Source of the DNA: an uncultured Nitrososphaerota archaeon
GTDB lineage: Archaea > Thermoproteota > Nitrososphaeria > Nitrososphaerales > CADDZS01
Direction: 5' to 3'
Length of the DNA stretch: 64,000 nt
Assembly (NCBI GenBank): GCA_963799845.1
Contig: CAWCYI010000006.1
Location: forward strand, 608,001-672,000
The position numbers and the translations under genes were made by a program. The notes below the pieces were generated by a model, which was given only the letters and a program-made list of their open reading frames with translations, ran no database searches and was not told the DNA's origin. Below are positions 51,403 through 60,903 of this stretch, in pieces. Every line of letters begins with the position of its first letter. Position 1 is the stretch's first letter.

Positions 51403-52749
51403 ATGACGTTAGCGAAAGAGTTTAGCATTTACGGCGAAGATTACGGTACCTCGGAATTCAAGTTTGGCGTTGCTACGCTCGGGAATACGCCCGATGCCAT
51501 TGACTCCCGTGGATATTTCCCTGATATGAGAAGCGCTCTGCTGAACTTGAGTTCTCGTTCAGCAAAGACCATGTCGTCAGGGAGAAACAATCAGATGTTG
51601 GTTGTTGGACCCACCGTAGCACAACACCTGGAGGCTCGGCGTGACATCGCGGAGCGGATGGTTTACCCCATGCGGAACGGCGAAATCGAGTCAGACGATG
51701 AGAGAGCTTGGTTAGTGGTCAAAGAAATTACGCGTTATGGTCTGCTGAGGCACGCACCAGAGAAGGCGGTCGCGCCCGAGTTCAACGGCTTCAAATGCGT
51801 CGGTGCACTGTCTGCGACTGCTCCACGCTACATGTACGACAGGCTCATAGGGATTCATCGGGAGATCAACAATGAAGAAAACAGAACGCTCACAAGGGTC
51901 CTGTCCATCATACCTCAGCCTCTTGCAGTAGCTATCTCTCAGAAACGACTAGCGTGCACGGTTCTGGAGGGAGGACACGGTAACACTCAGGTCGCTCCCA
52001 TAAGCAGCGGAGTGATTTTCAGTGCGTTAACGACGCTCAATAGAGGGGGCAGCGACTGCGACCTGATCGCGGCCGAGATATTGAAGGATGCAGGCTATTC
52101 TGATCTCGCCCGCGAACCCAAACTCGTCAAGGTATTCAAGGAATCCACGGGTCTTATCCCGAAGAACTTGGACAAGGTGATGCAAGAAAAGCAGACCACC
52201 TTGTTTGAGACAACGTTCAAGATTCCGTCGACAAAGATCTCCATAAGTTTGGGCAAGAACAGCTGGCAGCGTTTTTTGATGGGAGAGTATTTCTTCAATC
52301 CGAACCATGAGATCTTTGCCTCTTATTACAGGAGAGGATTCCCGAGGCCGGCGGATACGTACAGCGAGGGAAGAGCTGTTCTTGGAACCACCGATCTGGC
52401 TGATGTCATCATCCAGTCCGTCCAAAAATGCAGTTTTGAAATTCAACCCGCACTCTATCAGAACATAATTCTGTCTGGCGGTAATTTTGCATGGCAGGTG
52501 CCTCCGAACCTGACGAATTACGCTGTCAACTCGCCCGCCAAGCTCAAGAAGATGCTCGAAGAAAAGGGAATCGCCGGAAGCACGGTCGAGCTCACGAAAA
52601 ATCCGGTCTACAATGTGTGGCAGGGATGCATTGCTTACGGGCTCTACACTCCTGAAAATTATGAATGGGACTGGGATTCGCGGGAAGGGTGGCTACAGCT
52701 CGTTGCGAGTGCGGAGCTGGGCGAACAGAGCATCAGTGCCGAAATTTAG
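51403..52749 (+). CDS. Crenactin (archaeal actin)
   Basis: Phosphate-1 GEDYGTSEFKFG, YPMRNG..DDERAW, LSATAPRYMY, IIPQPLAVAI, phosphate-2 EGGHGNTQVAPIS, LNRGG, EILKDAGYSDLARE, RFLMGEYFFNPNHE, IILSGGNFAWQVPP, VWQG..YG, REGW; colinear with Pyrobaculum crenactin as recalled. Confidence 0.92.
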   Translation: MTLAKEFSIYGEDYGTSEFKFGVATLGNTPDAIDSRGYFPDMRSALLNLSSRSAKTMSSGRNNQMLVVGPTVAQHLEARRDIAERMVYPMRNGEIESDDERAWLVVKEITRYGLLRHAPEKAVAPEFNGFKCVGALSATAPRYMYDRLIGIHREINNEENRTLTRVLSIIPQPLAVAISQKRLACTVLEGGHGNTQVAPISSGVIFSALTTLNRGGSDCDLIAAEILKDAGYSDLAREPKLVKVFKESTGLIPKNLDKVMQEKQTTLFETTFKIPSTKISISLGKNSWQRFLMGEYFFNPNHEIFASYYRRGFPRPADTYSEGRAVLGTTDLADVIIQSVQKCSFEIQPALYQNIILSGGNFAWQVPPNLTNYAVNSPAKLKKMLEEKGIAGSTVELTKNPVYNVWQGCIAYGLYTPENYEWDWDSREGWLQLVASAELGEQSISAEI

Positions 52750-52793
52750 CGAATAAAAAAATAGAGATATCCTTGCGCTAAAGATTCTGCGGG

Positions 52794-54059
52794 ATGTAAC
52801 CGGAAACGTCATCTGATGACGAGAACGCTCCCGAAGATGGAGCAACTATCCCAAGAGGAAGCGATGACGCTCCCATTCCTGCCGAGCGAACTATCGCTTC
52901 AGAGAGGAGATGGAGTAACCTCTCCTTTCCTCTGACGATAGTATTTGGCGTCTCGTTCATCTTTTTCCTGTATACGGCGAGTTATTCATGGTATGTGGGA
53001 GGGGGGGCTATGACTCAGAGCGTGCCCTGGCTGTATTCATCGGTTGCGATCTCGGGAGCAAGCCTCTTCGCGCTGAGCAATCTCTACATTTCCAGAAAAC
53101 TCCCGAAAATTACGTCTCTTCAAAGGTTTTTGCTATCATTCTTCGACCTAGGGGCATACTTTTGCCTTGTAGCGCTGGTCGTGTGGGGTTTGCTCTTTCC
53201 GATCCTGCGTCCGATCACCGATCCGAATTTTCAACTTTACTTACTTGGGCAAAAAAGTCTCGCGATGGATCTGTACACGGGGTTGGTCCTTTGCTCGATC
53301 GTGATCGTTTTCCGCATTGCGCTTCAGCTGCTAATTGCTCGTTCCAGCACAATCATGATTGTATCCCCTTCAAAGCCGCAATTCGGAAACACAATTCCGG
53401 TTAGAGATTCCTCGACGGATGGCGGTTCTCTTGAAAGCAAGATCTCATCAATCCACATGGAGATAACAAGGTTGAGAGAGGAAATCGCGTCGCTAAGTGC
53501 TCCGGGTACTGCTCTGAGGCTTACCAATCTGATGGGGGCGGTTGAATCGCCCGCGAATAACCGAGAATCGCCGGTTTCACTGGTAGACGAGATGGAAACG
53601 CTACCGTCAAGTCTAGCAGAAACCTTCGTGCAAAACCTTCCAACCAGAGATTCGGTTTCTCAAGAAACTGGAATGGAAGAAATGACAAACGGTGAGGTCA
53701 TCCAATCCGAGGCAAACTTTTCTCCAGAGTATTTTGCAAGTGCTGGAGGTCCACAGATTCCCGATTCTGCCAGGGATAATCCCTGGGCCTCGGTGCTTTC
53801 TAGAAGACAGCCGACGGCCCAGTCGAAGCCCATTCAGAAAAGAAGGGCAATCAAAAAGTCAAAGAAAAGGGTGCAAAAAGAAAAGCCTGGAGAAGATTCT
53901 CCGCCCATTCCTGTAGGAGTCGTGAAACTGGAACCGGGATCATCATCCCCGGTATCCGACGACGCACGCGACAGCCTGTCCTACTTCGCAATAATTTCTT
54001 CTGACAAAGATACTAGAGCCTTAGTCCGTCGCGTCGTGTTAGTTATCTGTAATACTTGA
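52794..54059 (+). CDS. Four-TM membrane protein with coiled coil and arcadin-2-like motif (start uncertain; in-frame ATG 52794 is followed by TAA)
   Basis: Frame is open from 52800 and adds a first TM (LTIVFGVSFIFFLYTA) ahead of track ORF 52995; coiled coil LESKISSIHMEITRLREEIASL; IPDSARDNPWASVLSRR at 53757-53807. Confidence 0.7.
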
Positions 54060-54223
54060 ATCATGCAAGCAACTTCGGCGACAGCGCGGCGGCTCGTGCG
54101 GTCTCCCACGTTGGAAACGTTTGATGCGATGATTAGTTGAAACTTGTTTCGTTCGAGCTACTCTGCGCGGTTTAGAACTCAGAAAGTTTAGAAACGGACG
54201 ACCAGCAAGTCCTCCCAATTAGA

Positions 54224-55555
54224 ATGCAAATTGGCCGTCGGTCAGATTTTGACAGACTTCTTTCCACAATAGATTCTATGAAAGACGAGATTGTCCAGCT
54301 CGCCTCTGACTTGGTCAAAATTCAGAGCGTCAACCCGAAGTACCCGGATGCCGATGCGGAAAAGTTCCTCGGCGGGGAGAAGGAGTGCAATCAATTTCTG
54401 GCTCGCCAACTTACCGATTTTGGCTGCGAGATAGATCTCTTTGAAAAGTTGAGAGACCGGACGAATCTAGTTGGAAAGCTCAAGGGACAGGGGAGTGGCA
54501 GGTCAATTATCCTTAATGGGCACATAGACACCGTTCCCTTTGGAAAAGTGGACGAGTGGATCGGAAAAGATCCTCTTAGCGGAAAGGTGATCGACGGAAA
54601 ACTGTACGGCCGAGGAGCTTGCGACATGAAATCGGGAATCGCAGCGATGTGCAAGGCGGTGGAGGCTATTTCCAGATCTGGAATGTCTCTGAAGGGAGAC
54701 GTTACAATTGAAAGCGTCGTCGGAGAGGAAACGATGGACCATCTTCTCGGAACTACGGCGACGGTGGAGAGAGGCTATCGGTCGAACGCAGCGATAGTTT
54801 GCGAGCCAACGTCACTGTGCCTCGATCCGGTTACAACTGGAGTACTGCTGTTAACCATCAGTGTGGAAGGCAAGGCAGCCCACACAACTTCGCGAGACCA
54901 GATGATTAGGCCTGGCGGGGGCGGTGATGAAATCGGTGTCAACGCGATCGAAAAAGGTGTGAAGGTGATCGAAGCCCTTCAAGAATTAGAGCGCCAGTGG
55001 GGCATTACGAAAAAGCACCCCTTGTTCAATCCTGGTCATTTTGTGATCCATCCTGGCGTGATCGACGGCGCACCAACCGGCCACAGGTATGTTGCCGTGG
55101 TTCCGGACTATTGCAAAATCGATTACGCGATACTTTACAATCCCTCGGAAACTATCGAACAGGTCAAGGAAGAAATAGAAGAATACGTGTTGAATGCATC
55201 CAAGCTGGACACCTGGCTATCAAGGCATTCCCCAAAGTTCAACTGGTGGGGAAGCTGGCCCTCGGGCGAAATCAGTCCCAGCCACCCGATATGCGAGTCG
55301 GTCAAATTAGGGCATGCAATCGTCGAGAGCGAGCCGGTATCTGGTATCGTGATCAAGGGGATGCCCGCACCGGTTGATGTGCCGTTTCTTGATGCGGCCG
55401 GAATCCCAACCGTAGCCTTTGGGCCTGGAGATTTGCCTCAAGCTCACGTAGAGAATGAATATGTTCGGGTCGATCAACTCGTGGCAGCAACCAAGGTGCT
55501 GGCGGTGGCCGTGGCGGACTGGTGTGGATATAGTTCTCAAAACAACGGAAAGTGA
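54224..55555 (+). CDS. ArgE/DapE-family (M20) deacylase
   Basis: LNGHIDTVP, GRGACDMKSG, VGEE, CEPT, GKAAH, FGPG..QAHVENEY. Confidence 0.9.
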   Translation: MQIGRRSDFDRLLSTIDSMKDEIVQLASDLVKIQSVNPKYPDADAEKFLGGEKECNQFLARQLTDFGCEIDLFEKLRDRTNLVGKLKGQGSGRSIILNGHIDTVPFGKVDEWIGKDPLSGKVIDGKLYGRGACDMKSGIAAMCKAVEAISRSGMSLKGDVTIESVVGEETMDHLLGTTATVERGYRSNAAIVCEPTSLCLDPVTTGVLLLTISVEGKAAHTTSRDQMIRPGGGGDEIGVNAIEKGVKVIEALQELERQWGITKKHPLFNPGHFVIHPGVIDGAPTGHRYVAVVPDYCKIDYAILYNPSETIEQVKEEIEEYVLNASKLDTWLSRHSPKFNWWGSWPSGEISPSHPICESVKLGHAIVESEPVSGIVIKGMPAPVDVPFLDAAGIPTVAFGPGDLPQAHVENEYVRVDQLVAATKVLAVAVADWCGYSSQNNGK

Positions 55556-55601
55556 CCAAGGTAACATTGCTTAAATAACAGCCCGTAGTTACCCAGACTT
55601 T

Positions 55602-57110
55602 ATGCATATGAATTTTCCAAAAAATGGCAACAGGTCAATTTCGACTGTTGTGGCTGTAGTCATCGTTATAGTCATCCTGATAATCGCAGGTGCAGGCGCT
55701 TACCTTGCCCTGGGCTCCAAGAGCTCCACCACGACGACAACGAGTTCTTCGTCGACTTCTTCCACTTCTAGCTCATCCACCACCTCTTCGTCGAGTTCCA
55801 GCTCGGCGCCAGCGGTTAACTCTACAATTCAGATTGTTTTCGGCGCTAGTCTTTCGCTTACCGGAGGGGCGCAACCTTTTGGGTTGGAAGATAACTGGAC
55901 GCTAAACCAAGCCGTCAATTACGTCAACAGTCTTGGCGGGATTCCTCTGCAGAACGGTACGCACGCGATGATTAAGCTAGTCGTGTTAGACGACCAGTCT
56001 AGCGACACGACATCAATCAACAACTACAACACCTTGGTCACGACGGATCATGCCGTAGTCTTGATGGGACAGCTCGGCACAATAGATGATTTGATCGCCG
56101 GGAATTTTGCACAGCAGCACCAGATTCCTCTGATCGGACCTTACTACCTGTCAGCTGCAAAGCAGTGCACGCCCGAACCAACCTGCGTTAACTCATGGGT
56201 CTTTGGAACTTTCCACAACGAAACTAACGAGGCTCATGTTTTCTTCAACTGGTTCAAGACCGTCGATCCTTCAACAAGCACTCACAACGTCACTATAGCC
56301 TTCTTTGAAGAGACTGACGACTCTGCTCAGGCAAACTATGCCGCGGGCAAGGCTTACGCTGAACAGCTGGGCTACACTGTTTGCACTTGTTCTGACACAA
56401 CCTTCCAGGCTGGCAGCTCCTCAGAGATGCAGAGCTTCCTCACAGCTGCAAAAACTGCGGGAGCCGAAGCAGTCTTCGGTCTGCCTTCGCCGGGAGACGC
56501 TGCACTAATGATTAACACTGCAAAGCAGATCGGATACCAGCCATTAGCGTGGCTCCTGACAAGGGGAACGGCAGTTGCCCCGTTTGCTGTTCCGCAGATC
56601 GGCGGAATCGGTACGCTTGCAAGTGGTGTAATGTCTGCGTTCCCGTGGGCGCCGGGACTTCCCTACTCTGCGGACATCCTCGGTCACAATCTCAGCAACC
56701 CCACAATAGTCAACGAGTACATGGCCGCTAACGGCGGACAACTACCTACTCTTGAGGGCGTCTATTATTCCGGATTTGCCGTAGCTGTCGACGCGATCTC
56801 GCAGGCGAGCAATCTCTCGAATGTTGCAATCAGAGAGGCGCTGAGGACCCACACATACCAGACTTTCATGGGACCCATGAGTTTCAGTCCCGGCGGGCAG
56901 TGGGTGCAATCTGACCAGTACATGTTGCTTCAGCAGTGGCAGCTGGTTTCAGTCAACGGGGCGATGACTCCGGAGCTAAAGATACTGGAGCCGACAAATG
57001 TGAACACCACGAGCTTCATCATCTATCCGTTCACCTTCGCAAATCAGACTGAAATGCTGTGGCCTCCGAGCGGTGAATCCACCATGATCACTGCCACAAG
57101 CAGCGGCTAG
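55602..57110 (+). CDS. Liv-type ABC transporter substrate-binding protein
   Basis: Pilin-like N-terminal anchor (NRSISTVVAVVIV), Ser/Thr linker, GASLSLTG, VNSLGGI, VLDDQS, TFMGPMSF. Confidence 0.85.
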   Translation: MHMNFPKNGNRSISTVVAVVIVIVILIIAGAGAYLALGSKSSTTTTTSSSSTSSTSSSSTTSSSSSSSAPAVNSTIQIVFGASLSLTGGAQPFGLEDNWTLNQAVNYVNSLGGIPLQNGTHAMIKLVVLDDQSSDTTSINNYNTLVTTDHAVVLMGQLGTIDDLIAGNFAQQHQIPLIGPYYLSAAKQCTPEPTCVNSWVFGTFHNETNEAHVFFNWFKTVDPSTSTHNVTIAFFEETDDSAQANYAAGKAYAEQLGYTVCTCSDTTFQAGSSSEMQSFLTAAKTAGAEAVFGLPSPGDAALMINTAKQIGYQPLAWLLTRGTAVAPFAVPQIGGIGTLASGVMSAFPWAPGLPYSADILGHNLSNPTIVNEYMAANGGQLPTLEGVYYSGFAVAVDAISQASNLSNVAIREALRTHTYQTFMGPMSFSPGGQWVQSDQYMLLQQWQLVSVNGAMTPELKILEPTNVNTTSFIIYPFTFANQTEMLWPPSGESTMITATSSG

Positions 57111-57169
57111 CACGAAAACTTGGATGTGCCACCGGAAGCAAGCTGGTGCATCCTTCTTCCTATTTTTCC

Positions 57170-58592
57170 CTAGTCTGAATAAGAAGGCTTTCTCAAGTGA
57201 TGATCTGTTGTTCGCTGGAATGCATCTCCGACATTGAAGACAACGTTCTCCCGCCAGTGGGATCCTATAATCTGCATTCCAACCGGCATTCCGTCGCTGA
57301 ATCCCGCCGGGATCGAGAGAGCTGGCAGTCCGAGAAGATTGAACGGATATGTGTTCTCCGTGAGCACCTGGAACGCTGGATACTTTTTTCCGCCGATTCG
57401 AATTGTGTCCTGATCGATTCCAGGGGCGACCGAAGGATTTGTGGGAACGAGTAGGGCGTCTACTTCGCTCAATTTCTTCGCTACTTTTTGCATGATGATC
57501 GTCCTCGCGCGTTGAGCCTTCAGATACTGGGTGGCGAGGACTGTATGCCCTAATTGCACGTACCCGAGCAGGACTTTGCCGTACATCTCCTTTTTTGTGC
57601 GAAGCCAATCCTCGTGATATGCGGCCACCTCGGGCAGCGCTATTGCAAAGATTGTGGGCGTCACGAGTCCTACATCGGGCAGCGTGACATCCACGAGCTT
57701 GCCCGAGCTCTGAAAAAACGTTCACACTTTCTCGAAACCTCACGGTTACTCCTTCATCTGAGTCGCGAATCGGGTTGACAAAGATTCCGATTTTGAGGCC
57801 CTCAAGACTAGGTTCATCGGTGAATACGTATTTTTTTGGATGCGGTGAGCCGAGTGTCGATGAATCTCGATCGTCGAGACCCTGAGAAACTTCGAGGAGC
57901 AACGCCGCATCCCGTACAGTTCTCGTCATGAAGCCGACATGGTCTAGAGACCAGCACATCGAAATTACCCCGGACCTTCCCACGCGTCCGTAAGTGGGTT
58001 TCAGTCCAGTTAGATTGCAAAACGAAGCCGGGATTCTGACAGATCCTCCCGTGTCACTCCCCGTCGAAGCACAGGCTTCTCCGGCAGCGACCGCAGCGGC
58101 CGAACCGCCGCTCGATCCGCCCGGAATCCTCGTTAGGTCCCAGGGGTTGAGTGTCCTACCATAATGAGGATTGTTTGTGGCGATTCCGAAAGCGGCGAGC
58201 TCGTCCAGATTTGTTTTCCCAATAAAGGCCGCGCCCTCTTCTCTCATCTTTGAGATAAAGCCGGCATCTTTCTCCGAGACGTTGTCCTGAAGGATTTTCG
58301 AGCCTCCGGTACACGGCAAACGGACGACGTCGGTATTATCCTTCACGGCAAGGAAGGTGCCGGTTAGCGATCGCGCAGACCCATTCTTGATTTGGCTCGT
58401 GGAAATTCTTGCGACGTCTCGCAGACTCTTTTCATCGACCAGATGAATGTACGCATGGATTTTTTCCTCCTTTTGCCTGATGTTGTCGAGTATCGAATCC
58501 AAGAGGTCTTCCGGTTCGTAGTCTCCGGCACGAAACCCGCGGCGCAGTGACGAGATCGATTCGAATGCAAGGTCTGATTTCGTGACTACCAA
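57170..58592 (-). CDS. Amidase signature enzyme (GatA/AtzE-like), frameshift near 57703
   Basis: AVKDN, GKTNLDE, GGSSGGSAAAVA, GSDTGGSVRIPA; C-part NTYPFNLLGLPALSIPAG..PVGMQIIG. Confidence 0.88.
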
Positions 58593-58604
58593 CTACCCAC
58601 GGAG

Positions 58605-58799
58605 CTACTCGGTCCTTAATTTTGCGTTGCGAAGGAACCAAGGTTCAGTTTCTCTCGGGATGGGCAACTTATCAGATTCTAACAGACCCCGTGATATCAG
58701 GTCGAGAATTTCCCGATTTTCCTCTATCACTCCGGGGTCAATTTGGATTTTCTCGACCTCTAGGATGATTTTTCTTGCGGCGTCTTGGTCAACTGGCAT
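58605..58799 (-). CDS. Small GatC/AtzG-like amidase partner protein
   Basis: 64-aa helical ORF directly upstream of the amidase, with an EP motif near the C-terminus. Confidence 0.55.
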   Translation of the reverse strand: MPVDQDAARKIILEVEKIQIDPGVIEENREILDLISRGLLESDKLPIPRETEPWFLRNAKLRTE

Positions 58800-58869
58800 T
58801 ACTAAAAAACGAGAACCATATTCGTGTCATAAACGTATCACTTTTTCTCTAGCAGTCTGAGGAAGGTTT

Positions 58870-59860
58870 ATGGGAAAAGGTCCCTTACGAGATCGCATAG
58901 CATTGACGTCCGACGGAGAGTTAGCAAGGCACGGAGCTGAGACCATTCTCAGCTTTTGCGCCGGTGTGAAGCTCGGCGAGAAAATCCTCGTAGCTTATGA
59001 TCAATCCGACGATTCACGGTCTAGGATGCTTTCCGAAGGAGCAAGCAAGCTGGGCGCGGTACCTTCAATGGTCGAAATATCAGGACCGGTTACTCGTGAA
59101 CCGCCGCCGCATATTGCAAAATCGATGCTGGAAAACTCGGCCTCGATTTTCTGCGTCAATGAACAGAGAACTCTTCTCTGGGGCCATGCGGACGCTAAGG
59201 TGAATGCGCTCAAAAATGGTGGACGAGGTACTTTTCCTGACGCAGACGCTCGAATCAACTCCTGATCCACCGTCTCTCGAAAAAATTCGCGATCGATCAG
59301 ATCGTATGGCAAACATTCTAGAAAGGGCTTCGAAAGTAAAACTAGTAACTGGCAAGAAGCCGTCCATGCTTGAACTCAGGCTCGCCGGGCGAAGAGCGCT
59401 CCGCCTTTCGAGCATCCTGGACAAGCCCGGGAGCTGGGGTGCGATTCCGGACTATGCAGAGGCTGCCGTTGCACCGCTTGAGAATGAAACTCAAGGCGAG
59501 CTTGATGTGGATGGAATTATCGTCGGCCTGGGAAAAGTCAATTCTCCGATCAGCCTTCACTTTGACTCTGGAAGACTGACGAGGATTTCAGGCGGGGAAA
59601 TGGGGAGCGCGTTTGACAGAATGTTGGGAGAAGAGCCCTCCGCGAGAGTCCTCTGCGAGCTCGGGTTCGGTACAAATCACCTGCGAAAGGAAATCAGGGG
59701 GGAGTTTGACGACAAGAAAGCCCTCGGATCGGTTCACGTCGCGATGGGTGACAATCACACTTTCGGCGGTGAAAACCGTTCCAGCCTGCACATTGATTGC
59801 CTCGTTGTGCGACCGGAGATCTGGATAGACGACAAACTCTTCGACGTCTCAAATGTCTAG
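58870..59860 (+). CDS. M29 aminopeptidase (AmpS/T)/NicX-like metalloprotein, frameshift near 59227
   Basis: CAGVKLGEKILV, REPPPHIAKSM, AEAAVAP, ELGFGTN, GSVHVAMGDN..GG.N.SSLHID. Confidence 0.78.
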
Positions 59861-60888
59861 ACGGATTTATTCTGTTTAGCCGTCCTCCTCATTGAAGAGA
59901 CGAACCTCTTAATCGAAGGCGCAAAACCCTTCGGAAGGAGGACTGCAACAGCCATTATCACTATCGAAAATATCAGGACCTCGATGTCGCTCGAGGGAAA
60001 GTAGGTGTTGACCTCATAGGTTATGCCACTAAACAACAGAGCTCCTATGATGGGCCCCTCAAAGGTTCCGATTCCACCAATGATTACCATAAAAATCGGA
60101 TAAAGCGAGAAGGTCAAGTTCAGGAAGATCGAAGTATTCACAGCAAGTATGTAGCCAAGGTAATACGAGCCCGCAATCGCCGTGATAATGCCGCTGCCAA
60201 CTAGGGCAATTGTCTTGAACAGGAAAACATTCACACCCAGCGTTGAGGAGGCGTACTCGTCGTCGCCCACCCCTCGGAGGGCCATCCCGATCCTGGATCT
60301 CATCATGAAATAAATGCCGAAAATAGTCGCGGCGGTCAAGATCACTCCGGTTTCGTAAAAAACAACGCCGTTTATCACAAATCCTGACGGCCACTGGAAG
60401 TTAGAATGCTTTGCCTCATATTCCACTATTGGTTTCAGGACTATCGGAATCACAAGAGTTGCTATCGCAAAATAGTCGGTGCGCAGTCGGAACGTCGGCG
60501 TAAGAATTAGGGCAAATATCGCGCCGGCAATGGCGGAGGCAAAAATCGCCACCGCCAGACCGTAACCCGCGGAGAGCACGATGCTCGTTACAACGCTGCC
60601 TAGTCCGAAAAACGACACGAGTCCGAGATTGATCAACCCAGCGTACCCCCCGACGAGGTTCCAGCTTTCCGCAAGGATGATCCAGATGAAGTAGATCACC
60701 AGAATTCCTAGCACTCCTTCCTCCGACGGCCCGAGAAAAAGTGGATAGATCAGAGCCGCGAAGAGCCCGATAGCAACGACAATGGGCGAAATCGTTGAGC
60801 CCGACGATGACGAGCTGAAAATTCCGATGCGCTTTGCAAAGCTTCTTGACTTGCTCTCCGCTTCTGCTCCTTTTGTCGTTGAGCTCAT
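59857..60888 (-). CDS. Liv-type ABC permease (LivM-like)
   Basis: SWNLVGGYAGLINLG, YFAIATL, SRIGMALRGVGDDE, IIGGIGTFEGP. Confidence 0.9.
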   Translation of the reverse strand: MSSTTKGAEAESKSRSFAKRIGIFSSSSSGSTISPIVVAIGLFAALIYPLFLGPSEEGVLGILVIYFIWIILAESWNLVGGYAGLINLGLVSFFGLGSVVTSIVLSAGYGLAVAIFASAIAGAIFALILTPTFRLRTDYFAIATLVIPIVLKPIVEYEAKHSNFQWPSGFVINGVVFYETGVILTAATIFGIYFMMRSRIGMALRGVGDDEYASSTLGVNVFLFKTIALVGSGIITAIAGSYYLGYILAVNTSIFLNLTFSLYPIFMVIIGGIGTFEGPIIGALLFSGITYEVNTYFPSSDIEVLIFSIVIMAVAVLLPKGFAPSIKRFVSSMRRTAKQNKSV

Positions 60889-60903
60889 CCTTCTTCTCCC
60901 CGC

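Noticed and set aside
47680-54059. tRNA-anchored genomic island or provirus carrying the crenactin locus
   Set aside because: No integrase, no duplicated tRNA 3' end (att site) and no viral or plasmid genes seen; the locus lies on the 5' side of the tRNA.
57170-58799. gatCA of the tRNA-dependent amidotransferase
   Set aside because: No gatB adjacent, catabolic/transport context, and the amidase C-terminal half lacks recognisable GatA-specific motifs.
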